DNA from: Camelus ferus
Taxonomy: Eukaryota
Length of the DNA: 64,000 nucleotides
Assembly: GCF_009834535.1 (NCBI RefSeq)
Contig: NC_045697.1
Coordinates: forward strand, 106,022,001 to 106,086,000
Direction of reading: 5' to 3'
The notes below the pieces were generated by a model. It was not told where the DNA came from, searched no databases, and saw nothing but the letters and a program-made list of their open reading frames with translations. A program made the translations under genes and the position numbers. Positions 24,461 through 37,479 of the stretch are shown piece by piece (within the stretch, counting starts at the first letter, position 1; each line of letters begins with the position of its first letter).

Positions 24461-25224
24461 AGACATACACAAATTCTATTGTATAACTGAGAAATGTGCA
24501 GAGAAGGAAAGAGCTTCCACCCTCCCTTCAAACCAAACTCAAACTGTCTTAGAAAACAGCCTTTTGAATCTCAGTGGGGAATCCTATGCAGTAGATGTTC
24601 CCATTGCTGCATTTATTTGGACATTTTTTAAAAATCGCTTTTGAATGGAAATATTAATGAACAGTTTGCTGGGCACTTTTTTTTTTAATTTTTGATTTAT
24701 TTTAAGGAAGTGATAATCATTTCTGGTTCCCAGGCAACATCAAATTGAGCTGAAGATATGGATAGTGCCAAATGAGACAGGCTTTGCGATCCTAGCATTG
24801 GACTTATTCTAATGTCATTGAAAAGATCTAGGAATGCTGTTCTGCAGGAGTCTGAGAGCAGCTCTGGCATCTGAGAAAATCAGCATTAGCCACACAGAAT
24901 CCCAATCCAATGTATTGGACTTGAGCTTAATGGGAATCCCAAGTTAAAGCACCCAAAACAAAACAAAACAAAACAAAATAATAAAATAGGTGACTCATAG
25001 ATGAACAAAGAGAGAAAAGCAGAAATAATACAGTGGAAAGAATACAAAGCTAGAATCAGGTGACCTGGTTGAGTTCCAGCTGGCCAGCTTCCAGCTGCAT
25101 GACTGAGAAAATCTAAACTGGGGGTAATCACGTTGTGCCAGCTCACCATCTTCCTGCGTTTCTTCACAAGTGCAACAAAGTTTCTTGTTCCACCACAGGG
25201 ACCACATCTAGCGTGGTGACGTGT

Positions 25225-25410
25225 AGTGGCAAAGAGCTGAAGCTGTAGAACTGCACTACATCACACTGCATGACTCTGGAAAATGACTGAGCCCCGTTTC
25301 ACCTTGCTTTCCTTAAACAATAGGATCTACCTCTTAGGATGGCTTTGAGGATTAAATGAGCTGATTCTTACAAATGGTTGCGGCAGTACCTGGCACACAG
25401 TGTTGGGTGT
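25225..25410 (+). mobile_element. MIR SINE
   Basis: 'gtgtagtggcaaagagc...tgaggattaaatgagctga...agtacctggcacacagt'. Confidence 0.7.
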
Positions 25411-26929
25411 TTTCTGCAGCACCATTCCTGCCCTCCACTAGATGTGGTGAGGAAGACAGAATTGCCCTTGCACTTGCAGAATCTGCCGTGCAGTTGTCAT
25501 CTGCACAGGCGACTTCATATACTTGTTTTAAGGATCAAACGACAAAAGAAAGGGGGAAAGCTTTATAAGTTAAGTTCATTTCAAATAAAAGACATTATTT
25601 ATAATTTGAATTCACCACACCCCCAAGGAAGAAAAACGACTTTAATGATGTGCCTTAAACTAAATAATGCAGAATTTAATTAGTTTAAACTGTGGGATTC
25701 TGTATGAAAGACTTTTTCAGTGGGCTGTAGCATTGCTTTTAGAAAATAATGAGTCCATCTGAGGCTATTAAATGAGCTCCTGTGCCTTAGAGAATGAACA
25801 CACCCCCTAAAGAGCCGTCCTCAGGACAGGCTTGGCACAAAGGCAGAGACAACTCCTTGTTATTCAGACAACTATTCGTCCTTCCAATAAATTACCTTGG
25901 GCTGTGTAGGAACAGCTGGGCATTGGGTGAACTCTTCTTGTTATATTAGTTTCCATTTTATTTTTTAATAGGTTTAGCCTTTTCAACACTTTATTTATGT
26001 AAAACCTTTGAGTGCTGTCCAGTGTACTTTTTCTATAAGGTTTAAGCTATCTAGACTGGCACAAGAAATTATTTCTTAAAAATGTAAATTGATTCAAACA
26101 TTGATGCACTCAGTGTCAATTATTGACCTGACAGCTGGACTCTTAGATCTCTTGACAATTTAAATATTAATGTAGACTTTCAATAGCATCTCATGTGTTA
26201 CATCCAATACAATGGAAAGGTAAACAGATGCCCTTCAAATAGCTGCATTCGATAATGTGCACTTTCTGAAAGGCCCCACTGAGATGTTCCCGAGGGAAAG
26301 GGACATCTGAAATGTTTGCCGTCACTTTTTGTCAGCCACGTGACTTCTCCATTCCTAGAAAAGGTGAGTCTAATTTCATGGAAGTTCCTTGCCGTCTATC
26401 CAGTGGCTCCAAGATGCAGACAGTTTGTGGATTCACAGGTGGAGCTTGAATTAAGCAGTATTTTCTTTGAAATAAAATCTCTAATATTCAAGAATGATCC
26501 ACTTTCAGAAAATAATGGGCTCCAAGTTTCATCCTGTTATCATGAAAGGTAATCTTTCGAGGGGAGTTGTTAAATCAATATTACGTTTTTTGAGAGACTT
26601 TAAACTCCCAGATAAAAATGAAATCTATCAGAAAATACAAACACAAGCTAAGCATTGTCCATGTTTAAAATAGCAAGCATTGGGTAATGATCATTCAATT
26701 TTATATTATACATTCTTCAATGAAGGAGAAGTACTAATAGGATAAGCCCCAAGAATTTGCAAATATGATAAATTGATACAACGTGAAACTGGGATAGCTA
26801 TGAAGAATCAATTCAGACTAGAAAACTCAGAAATTATTTAGTAATATCGAGTCTGTCATAGCTTCTCTGTGTACGAAATAGCAGATCAAGAAAGTTTTTC
26901 CAAGAGAAAATTTCAGGACTAAATTAGCA

Positions 26930-27125
26930 ATGTCATGGTTTGGAGTTAGTTGGACCCGGGATTGAATCCTGTGTCTACTACTTGTTAAAGTCAACCAGGG
27001 ACAAATGACTTAAACAAAGCTCTGTGTTTTCTCTGGAAATGGTGTATACGAATGCCTACCTTTTAGAACTGAGAAGAAAGAGTGTGATAGTGTAATTTAT
27101 GAGAAGTACCTGGTTCATAGAAAAT
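26930..27125 (+). mobile_element. MIR SINE
   Basis: 'tttggagttag...gacccgggattgaatcctg...gggacaaatgacttaa'. Confidence 0.7.
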
Positions 27126-27999
27126 ACATATAGCATATACTTACATATGCGTTTGCATTTTGTATGTATGAGTGTTTGCGTGCATGTGTATATGTACTTT
27201 TCCCCATTACATATATAGAAATTGAGACCTTGACTCATGAATTCACTTTCCTAGAACCACACATCTCTTCAATAGCATAATTAGGTTTGAATCTAAGACA
27301 AATCCTTTCAGTTTAAGTCCATTCTAGTTAATGTGATCTTCATAAACATCAGTAAGTCAGCAGAGCCCTCTAATTCTCAATTCTCAGAACAATCCAGTTG
27401 TTCTAATTGATGATTTCTATATCTGATTAAGTACTCTAATGAAGACAAAAAATATATATGTATTTGTGTTAGCATTCAAGTGAAGAAAACCACAAATGAG
27501 CGTGCTAGAAATCTGAGGAAGTATTCAAGACACTAAAACTGGAAGAAAACCAATTAACTTGGGGAACAGGTTAAATGTAAACACAGCAGACAACCTGCTG
27601 AGTCTTCATTTAGTTTTGGTGAGTGGGAGAGAACTGTCTATTCCATTCACAATGTAATACACATCAACACATTAGCATATCGAAAACTTGGATTCATCAC
27701 CCTAGATTCTACTTTCCTGTCACCCATCTTTTGCTAGGCTTACATGTTTTGCTAGGCAGGTATAGTGATAATTAATAATGCCGCTTCCAGAAATTCTCCC
27801 GAGGTTTATTTGAAATCAGCCATCTCTGCTACACACCAGTTCCCTTATGGATTGGTAGAAATGCAAATATAGTGCCACTAAGAATAACACAAGCGCACAG
27901 TGCATGTGTGCTTTCTCCTCTAGTCCATATGAGCCATGCAAATAATTAGAAGATGCAATATTTGATTTCAAGATGTTCAGAATGCAGTTTGGGAAAATG

Positions 28000-28740
28000 T
28001 TTAGGATTAGGTTACTTTAGGAATGACAGAAAACTCAAAATACAGCAGCTTAAACAAGTGTATGTGTTTCCCAAGACTGCTGTACAGAATTATCACAAAC
28101 TTCATGACTCTAAACCACAGAATTGTATTCTCTCAGAGTTCTGAGGGACAGAAGTCCAAAACCAAGGTGTCGTTAGAGCCCTACTCCCCCTAGACTCCCC
28201 CACAGACATTCCTTTCCTACCTCGTCTGCCTTCTGGTGGCCTCCTGTTCCTTGCAGCTGGGTCACTGCAGTTTCTGCCTCTGTCTACATATCCCCTCTCT
28301 TCCGTGCTCCTGAGACGTCTCTTCTTCTGTCTGTGTTTCTCCTCATGTGTCTGCAATGAGAACACTTATAATTGAATTTAGGGCCCACCTGGATCATTCA
28401 AATGATCGCATCATGAGATCTTTATCTTAATTAAACTTGCAAAGACTTTTTCTCCAAGTAAGTTCACATTTGCGGGTTCCAGGGATTAGGACGTGGACAT
28501 ATCTTTGGGGAGGCCATAATTCAACCCCCTACAAGATAGAAGTTTATTTCTCTCTTATAAAATCTAGGCAAAGAGCCAGAGGCTGATGTGATTCTCTGCA
28601 GTGTGTCAGCAATCCAGGCTCCTGCTGTTTGGTTTGGTTTCCCTGCTAGAAGCAGCTTCCTTTCTGAAGGCCACCTTAGAATCCAAGATGGCAGCCCAAG
28701 CCACCACATCTGATTTTGAGCCAGTAGAAGGAGCAATAGG
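28000..28740 (-). mobile_element. Old MaLR LTR (MLT1I/J-like) split by a younger MLT
   Basis: 'acagaaaactcaaaatacagcagcttaaacaag' resumes as 'atagaagtttatttctctc...tccaagatggcagc'. Confidence 0.7.
28059..28532 (-). mobile_element. MaLR solo LTR (MLT1C-like) nested in the older MLT
   Basis: 'ccacagaattgtattctctcagagttctgagg...gaagtccaaaaccaaggtgtc...tttagggcccacc...gcaaagac...ggacatatctttgggg'. 'acaag' at both ends (28054-28058, 28531-28535). Confidence 0.88.
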
Positions 28741-29076
28741 GTTTATGCATTTCCAAATGAATTGCTGAGCTGCTGCCCCTGATAACCTTATTGTATAAGA
28801 AATATAAATTCTGCATTGTAGTACTTAATAAATTAAACTAGCCTTTCTGTTATTTGCAGCCAACAAGTGCTTATGAGAAACCAGACCAGAAGAAACATGG
28901 GCATATTAAAGGATTTTGAGCCATGTAAAGCCGCATGTCACAAGGGACTGTGGTCGAGTCCAGAACAGGCGAGATCTCTGCTGTGTAGGTGGTCCAGGAA
29001 GAGCTGGTTCCTGATCACTGTAAGGGCTGATGAGATTTGGCAGTGTGGACTTCCAGATGACTTCAAGACAATTGAT

Positions 29077-29612
29077 TTTTTTTTTAATTGAAGTATAGTC
29101 AATTTTCTATGTTGTTATGTTGTGTTAGTCTCTGGTATACACATAGTTATTTAGTTACACATACATATCTATATATATTCATATATATATTGTTCATATT
29201 CTTTTTCATTATGGGTCACTGCAAGATACTGATTACAGTTCCCTGTGCTATAAAGTAGGACCTTGTTGTTTATCTATTTTATATATAGTAGTCAGTATCT
29301 GCAAATCCCAAACTATCAATTTATCCAAACCCCCCATTTCTCCCCTGGTAACCAAAAGTTTGTTTTCTATGTCTGTGAGTCTGTTTTTGTTTTGTAAATA
29401 AGTTCATTTGTGTCATTTTTTTAGATTCCACCTATAAGGGGTATCATATGGATAAAGAAGTTATGATATATACACACACACACACACATACACACAATGG
29501 AATACTACTCAACTATAAAAAAGAATGAAATAATGCCATTTGCAGCAACATGGTTGGACCTAGAGATTATCATACTAAGTGAAGTCAAAAGGAGAAAGAC
29601 AAACACCATATT
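29077..29612. mobile_element. 5'-inverted (twin-primed) L1 insertion
   Basis: Antisense 3' UTR 29077-~29451, then a sense upstream segment 'ggataaagaag...aatggaatactactca...gacaaacaccata'. TSD aattgat (29070-29076, 29613-29619). Confidence 0.92.
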
Positions 29613-30502
29613 AATTGATCTTTCTTGATCATAAAATTCAACATATTGGATTTTTGTAATTACTTGTTAACTGTAACTACTTAGACTGTTCATTAGGGAC
29701 AAAAAAGAAAAACCATTCTAAGAAGAAGCTAATATTGCACCACTCACTTCTTAAGTTCTGCAGGGCTGATGGAATTCAGCTAGGAAAGGAGACCCAGAAC
29801 TAATCTAATATTACCTAAGAAATAAGGCATAATCCGAGGAACAACAACAACAAAAAATAAAAATGGATGTGGAAGGTAAGAAAGAGGTAAGAGGGTCAAA
29901 ATTTTGAAGGGGACAGAAAAGAGTTTGAGGCCGCTGTTACTAAAAAAAGAAATGCTCTCCACCTTTTGTTGGTACTGCATTTGCTACCACTTCAAGAGAA
30001 TTCAGAACAGACATAATATTAATGAAGGCTTTGCAGTCGCACTGCAAACAGAGAGGCTTATAGCGGGACAAGAAGACACGGGGCAATATTTGCACCTCTA
30101 AGATGAAAACAACGGCAAAACTCAACAAACTCTACATCGGACAGATCGTTTTGATTATGATCACTCCAGATTAATCATGAACACTCAAGATGAGCAGAAA
30201 TAACTACTTTTACTCATGGCAGAGATGCTTGAGAAGCTGGCCACTGAGCTAACCACAGAAATACTTGCTCCCTCAAAATTACAGAAAAATGGATAAGACA
30301 CAGAAGACGCATATGGCATTAGTTATTGGTTCTTTAAATGTTAGTTTCAGTAGCGTTCTACCTTTATGGGTCTTTAAAAAATATTGTGTACAGTAGGCAA
30401 ATAAGCATCCGGAGTATTTTTCCATGAATGATTTTTCCCTGTTGAAAGGAGCACCGGCAAGTCCCTACCAGAGACGCAGGCATTAGGTGTTTACTTGCAA
30501 CA

Positions 30503-30521
30503 CAGCGCCATCTGGTGGCAA
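30503..30521 (-). promoter_or_regulatory. Candidate CTCF binding site
   Basis: The minus strand reads TTGCCACCAGATGGCGCTG, a near-perfect match to the CTCF core (CCASYAGRKGGCRS), in non-repeat sequence. Confidence 0.75.
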
Positions 30522-33484
30522 ATGCTGCAAATTTCAGACACAGGGTCCCTGGGTTCCATAGAGACGCCCAGAGTTACATACCTTAAGGTGTCGACCCAAT
30601 GGAAAATAAGTAAATACTATCTTTAGGAACATTTGCCAAAGTTGAAGGTCAAGCTGTTTGTTAATTATTCTCATTAAGATTACTAATATCTATACTTAGT
30701 ATATTTCCAATAAAAATGAACTGCTTTATGTAAAAATGAATTCTTAATAGTAACAATTCTCAGTCTGCATAACACTGTAGTTTTCAAAGTCCTCTTCTTA
30801 CTCAATACACAAGATAAGTGCGGATATTATGCATTTCTCACAAATATTAACTGAAGGTCATGTAAGTTAAAGACGTTGCTCAAGCTGAAAAAGTCAAAAA
30901 AAAAAAAAAAGGTGTTGTTGAAACACGAAGACCCTCTCTGTTACTAATCTGTGTGTTGTCTTCACAATGATGCTGTTTCCCTCTGCTTAGAATGAAATGA
31001 AGCAGTTTCAGTTGAAGCTAGATTGAAACTTTAGCTTTAGCAGGAAATGGTCTTTTGAACTTGGTGGCATTTGATAAAGTAGTAGTCTCAAGCCTCTTCT
31101 GGTAGAATCTGGAGGAGGGCTTGGGCAACCTTGGTGGAAATGGCTGTGCATTCCAAAAGCTTGGTACATGATTTCTTTTTCTTGCTTATGCCCCAGACCT
31201 TGTGTTTATATATATACAAGACCGTGTCTTAGCCTGCTGCCCTGTTTGGGAATTGCCTCTTAATCACTTGCTTTTCACCAAAAGCAACACCTACTTGTCA
31301 ATAGAACTTCAGGTGGCCCTTCACTGCCTCCTAGTAGAGGTAATTCTTTCTGAATTAATCAAGGGATGATATTTAAGGTGGCATCTCTTATTGGGCATCT
31401 AGATGACTTATGCCATTCATATCAATGAGACCTTTTCAACCCTAATACCCGTTGCAGTGATCTATGGAGTACAGCCTTGAAATTTAATTACAGTGACGTT
31501 TCAGAGGCTGATGGACAGCTTTAAAGCATCTTGCTTTAATGTCATTAGACAGTCCCAAGTTTCAGTGCTATAAAAGATTGAAGACCAGTCTACTGTGTGT
31601 CTTACCTTCATTATGATCTGTAGGTATAAGCCTACATCTCTCAGACCCTGTCAGGAGGTATTTTATCTTGTGGCTGTGATATTTCACCTTGTGAGAAACT
31701 ATTGAAATTTAAGGCTATTTTTTAAGAAGCCTATTGAAGCCTATTGAAGCCTATGGATAGGACTTTGGTCATAGCTGTACAGTTGCTTACATTCTTAGAC
31801 TTGGGCAATGAATCCTGAAACCATTCCAGGAGCAAAACTGAAACTTACCAATGTTGTGTTCATCTAAAATAACCTCCTGGGGAAAATGGTAAAGATGCAT
31901 TTTTATAACTGCCTAATCTTTATTGGTTCATCAAAACCGTTTTGAAATATGTTTCAAAATATGTTTCAAAATGCGGAAACTTTTCTTTCCTACAGTTACC
32001 AGGATCACTGGAAACCTCAAATCTCCTTCTTCTTTTCAGCCATCTATCATCAGCAGCAGTAAAGATTTTGGAATTACAACTTAGGTAGCAATTCGGGGAT
32101 GATTTATTGGCCAGTCTTCAACTATGTTTGCTCTAGAGAGCTGATTAATATAAATGTCAGTTTACTTGTAAACTAGGAATATGTAGCACAGAAAAGAACC
32201 AATACTGTCATTTCCAGAGCCTCCGTTTAGACCCTCAGTGAACTTTAGTGGGGTAATGGCCACAGCCAAGAAACACTAGAAGCAATATTGCCTGAAATGA
32301 CAGAGAATACAGCGGCATGCATCTCTTTTCAAGGTTAAGGAGTTGCTGATTCTGTTTCAAGAGCTCAGCATATAAATACAGTTTACAAGGAATTTTAAAC
32401 TGATCACCAAAACCCGTGTATATTCAACTGTTAATCAAAAGGAAGCCTGCGGTGCTGATGGAGCCCAGTAATCACTCTTTAATGTCACTGGGGAGATAGC
32501 AGTGATGGAGAGGATAAGGACGGGATAAATCAACTGAAGAAATTCTGAGCCAAAGACCTTCATTTTTAAAAGGCAGAGATTAAAATCACCCAGCTAATAA
32601 GATCTGTTCAGGGACCTAGAAATGTCAGCCAAAAATATGGAAAATGTATCCCCCAAGAGTAAGCTTTACTCAGGCCAGTTTGTAAATGATAGTTATCTGC
32701 TGAAAATAGACCATTAGGCTTGCTGTTTAGCTTAAAGGTAGTATTTAGTTAGAATTCTGTACAAGGGATATCTTATTCGTATATTAACGTTCATATCCGA
32801 TGGATAGGAAAAGAAATGAACATTGCAAATAGATTTTGCATGAGTTTCCTAGCTCCTTCCTAACATTTGGCAATCGCTTCTCAGCTCTCAATAATACCAC
32901 TTTGCAAACATCTCCCCAGACCCAAGACCCTGAAAGGGTCTTCTCTGTCAGTGGGGGTAGCCCCCTCTTACTGCTTCGACTACCTAAGATCTTAATCTTA
33001 TTTATTGATTTGGCAGTCATTCCCAACAAATTGGAAGTTAAGGAACAGAATAGTATACTGGTAATTTTTAAATATCCAGGCCCTCACACTGTTCTTGAAA
33101 AAAAAAAACACCAAGTGCCCGATACACATTGTTGATTTTTATTTAATTCTCTCATTATGTCTCAGCATAAACCTATCTTCAACCCAGCTGATAGACTGAC
33201 TGGTCCCCACACACTGGAAATGCCCTCCTTTGTGCTTTGGCTTGTATTCTGTCTCTTTCCAGAAGGTTCTGATTCTTCTTTCCTTTTTCATTCTTTCCTT
33301 TTTGTTTTTAAATAAGATGCAGTTTCTGAGACCCTGTTTCTCAGGAAACACGAGCTTTTCTTCCCCTTCCTGGGCATTTGCTGTTTCCCCAGCTCTCCTA
33401 CTTCTTATTGGTACATGCGATCTGAAGGCATCACTTAAGTTTTTAATTCACAGTCACGATTTCTAAATAAGGTTGAGTCTCTTC

Positions 33485-33544
33485 TACACCAGAAATCGAC
33501 ACATTGTGATTGACTGTACTTCAATTAAAGAAAAAAAAAAAAAA
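33485..33544 (+). mobile_element. Very short young L1 3' tip with poly(A), inside an L2 remnant
   Basis: 'tacaccagaaatcgacacattgtgattgactgtacttcaattaaag' followed by an A run. Confidence 0.85.
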
Positions 33545-35799
33545 GAGCAGGAGTCATAGCTCGGATTTGGTCACACAGCAGCTACCCAGAGCACTGCATT
33601 AGCACACTCAGGTGCTCTGTGAACCTCAGATGAAGGCTTGCTGGCTCAGTGCTGGTCTGATGACGAGACAGCGTGATAAAAATGAAGCTTAGTGCCGACA
33701 ACACAAGTGTAAACTATGAACGGTGTCAGGGAGAAGCTGTGTGGAAGTTCAGGCTGAAACATGTCCCGCACCATGATTTGATAAAATTAATTTTTGAAGA
33801 TGATTTGGATCATTAGAGTGAAAAAGTTGGGTAAAAATCCTACTCATCATTCAAGATGCCACTTTCTCTGGAAATATTTCCCTTATCGCATCCGCTCTCC
33901 TCCCCAGCCAAACTAGAAGCAATGGCTTCTGGAGATAAATACCCAAATCAGAGTACTCATTTTTCAAGTGTTTTTTGTCTTTTTTTTCCTCTCAACCACA
34001 CTTGGGGTACTTACCATCTCTACTTTGGAACTGGACATAATATATTTTGTTCTTTTCAAAGCCATAAGGTATTTGAAAGAAGGGAATCAAGTTTAATCTA
34101 TTTTTTAAACATTTACAACATGGTTTACGTGTAGAAAGGAGTCAGCGTGTGCCCGCAGGCCTACATGAGTGAGTAAGTGTCCCTGTTATTAAGACAGGGG
34201 CATTCAAGTTAAAATTCTGTATCTGGAGACCGAAGACTGATTCTTGATTCTTAGAAGCACACTTTTTAATGGTAGCATTTCTGAAATCAGAACACGTCTT
34301 ACATTTGATGCACACATTCGATATTGTCACTGTTGATTGTGTTGAGGGGAAATGGTAATTCATTAACGGCACATCTTAAAATGAATAGCTGGTTTGAATT
34401 GAGAAACTGGAATGTAGGTCAAAAGATCTGACTCAAAATCAGCTACTGGGTTTACGTGTGTCCGTGAGAGAGCGCGTGGTTCGATGTGAGGGAAAGGACC
34501 TTCCAACCTCTCAGAGAGGCGTGCAGTTCTTTGCTCGATGCTTGCATTCCCGGAGTGAAAGTAACATTTGCCATGACTAGGCAGCACACTGATCTCCGAG
34601 AAACTCCAAGTAAGTGTTTAAAAGAGAGTTGGCCGCTTGCCCACCTTCCTTCCTGCACTGCTGGGTTCTCGGAGGCCAGCTGCTTAACCTCCCAGGCCCC
34701 TTCGTCCCTGAGATTCATGCCCGTCTGTAAATACAGTTGCATCACTTCGTACACCCTACCATTCCCTTCTGACTCCTTTTGTGGTTTGCCTGAACCTTCT
34801 CATTCATGATGAAGATTAGTTACTCTGGATGTGTCAAATCTTGGGTCCAGAGCCAAACAGCAGTTGGCCAGTTTGCAAATTAAATCCTTGGTTATGAAGA
34901 GACCCAGGAAAGGAGAGAAAACTTGCATCCCATAGTGTACCTAGAAGTCTACTTCTAGAAGCACGTTCCCTGGCTCTAGATGTGATGACCACATGATGTG
35001 AGCGTGACTTTAATCACAAGGACAGGGGGCTAAGCTGCCCACCTTGCAGGACAGGAAACCATCAAGACTGGAGAACCCTCTCCTACTCCCTGCCACCTCC
35101 TTTGGGATTATCCATAAGGTTTATAAAAGTGAATAAAAGAGAGCCATCCCACACTGCATTACTTGTGAATAATGGCCAGGACAGCCACTTAAGTCTATAT
35201 ATTCAGGAAGTCGCTGGTAGAACAAGAAGGCATTCTTATTTCATATACGTGGAATATGCTGTTCATTTTTTTTTTTTATAGCAGAGCCGTCTAACTGCTA
35301 CATATGCATGTTTGTGCCTCTGGGCAGGGATGAGTGGGCAAATGATAAAGAATACGTATTCAGTCAAATTACATTTGAAATGTGATCATCGCTACAAAAG
35401 ACTGTAATTGTCCTTGTGAGTCTGAAGAGTTAATTTTTTTCCTAGCATGATTTCATTTTACAGCCCAAAGAACCAGATTTCTCCCAGAAAAAATGCCACT
35501 TATACGGGAAAAAAATAAAAGGAGGCAAGAAAGGGGATTGACAAAAAAGCAGGCTTGAATGCATAATGAATGCTCTGCGACTCATTGATGGACAACCCTT
35601 AAAACAAAGCATTGTTGTGTGAAATGTTCTCGAGAAGAGACCTCAAGAGTTTATCAAATGAGTTATTGGAAAAGAATTTTTTTTTTCAAATCTGCCAGAA
35701 ATGTACCAGGCCATTATTGCATCTTATAAATTATGTATTATTCTTAGATATGTCATAAAGTCCAACACAAATAAAGAGGAAATGCTGACAAGACAGAAA

Positions 35800-36003
35800 C
35801 CTCATTGCAAATATAGAGATAGCCTCCTGAAGTCGTGGAAAATATCTTCCAAGAATCCCCATGCCCTGCCCGCCACATTGCACCGCTTGGCATATTTCGC
35901 TTCTTTGTATTTGAGGATGTCAGCATTTTCGTTCCCCAGCAAGATCATCCAATCCCATTTTTCTTCACATGACTCGGCTAACAGACCACTAACCCCTTTT
36001 GCT

Positions 36004-36041
<38 letters not shown>

Positions 36042-36152
36042 CAGAGAGAGAGAATTAACTATGAAGGAGTTCAGGTTTTGGGGGCATGAGCCACACATTC
36101 TCCTTGCTAGACCTTGTGATAAATCTTTCTCTGTTCAAAAAAAAAAAAAAAA
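35800..36152 (+). mobile_element. LTR-like sequence ending in poly(A) (candidate processed LTR retrocopy) with internal (TG)16
   Basis: 'ggagttcaggttttggggcatgagcc...ttctccttgct...gataaatctttctctgttc' resembles an ERV LTR R region. A run at 36137-36153; possible TSD acagaaa (35793-35799, 36153-36159). Confidence 0.6.
36009..36052. repeat. (TG)16 microsatellite followed by a short (AG)n
   Basis: Direct reading. Confidence 0.97.
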
Positions 36153-37479
36153 ACAGAAAAGTAAAATGTGATACTGAAAAGAAATCCAATTTTAAAACAT
36201 CTATTAATACGGTCACCTCATTTATAGGCATCTCTGCAAGACCACTCAGGACTGCCTTAGCTACTCCAGAGTGTCACTTCATGAAACAGCCAGGCGTCCC
36301 CAGGCTCTCAGCCTTACGAAGCAGGCCAATGAAATAGGATGGAAATACTTTTGTTTTAACGCGGGGAAGACATTAAGTATCTGACCGTAAAATATTTTTC
36401 TCCTTAGTCACCTGTCAGGGTCTTACGAGAATGAGTAAGGTTTTAGGAAAAAGCAGAAATGCCAAAGTTGCCTGGTCCCATGAAGACACACCATTGTCTA
36501 CCTCTTGTTTTATTCTTTGCCCATTACTTATTTCAGATTCTGGAAGCACATTTTGCTCCATTGTGGACTTTCCAATGAGTTGCTGAAACTATCTCCCAGA
36601 TTCCTTCAGGACAGGCAGACCCTCTGTCTTGTATATCTTAGTGTCCACAGAACTGCACCAAACGTTTCCCAGGTCACAAGGGTTCCATAAACACTCACTG
36701 ATTTTAATGAGTATGTGTGGGGAGTGGGGTGCATGGACTCCTCCACATCCTGCTGCTGTGTGCTTGGAGAACTCACTCTAGGACACCAAGTGTCACACTC
36801 CATCTGACCTTTTCTCTGTCGCTGGTGTACGGGAGGTCACAGCTTTATTCTTTATGTCTGAGAATCAAACTATATAACGTGAGTGTTTGCTACACAACAC
36901 ACCTAAGAAGACAACTTAAGCCTACTGCTAACTCCCAGCCAAGTGGCTCAAAATTTTCATGCTTTCATTTTCTTAATCTTACATCTCAATTAAATGCATA
37001 TTTAATCTCTTTTTTTTTCCAGGAACATTCCAATGTACTTTGTAAAGGATTGCACTGGCAATATTCAGATGGTATAAACTAGACTGTTGAATATTTAGGA
37101 AAAAGCTGAAAATTTGAGGCACTGTAGTAAAGACTACTGAGTGAATTAAGGTACAGTGAGAAGAGTGGAAAAAAGGTCGAGTTGTCTGTGAAAGATGTGG
37201 GAAAAAACAGAATTATTTCAATTTTATACTCTTCTTTTCACCATATTCAAGATCTTAGAAAAACTAGGATTTGGGGTCATTGATTGGGCCAATGATCATA
37301 CAGTTCATAGACTCATAGACTTTAACATAAATGTGATGCTGACACAAATGTGGGAAGAGTCATGGGCTGGTGGGGAGGAGGCCTTCCTACTAACAGGCTG
37401 GGAGGCTCCAAGTATCTGCCTTCTCAACTACAGCTTTTGCTAATGTAAGTGAGGGCTTTGGACAGGAGTATTTAGTTTC

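Noticed and set aside
31981..32090. Possible exon after 'ttttctttcctacag'
   Set aside because: No convincing donor or recognisable peptide; unsupported without RNA data.
35701..36171. Longest ORF (156 aa)
   Set aside because: It runs through an LTR-like segment, (TG)n and a poly(A) tail (VCVCVC, KKKKK), so it is a chance open frame.
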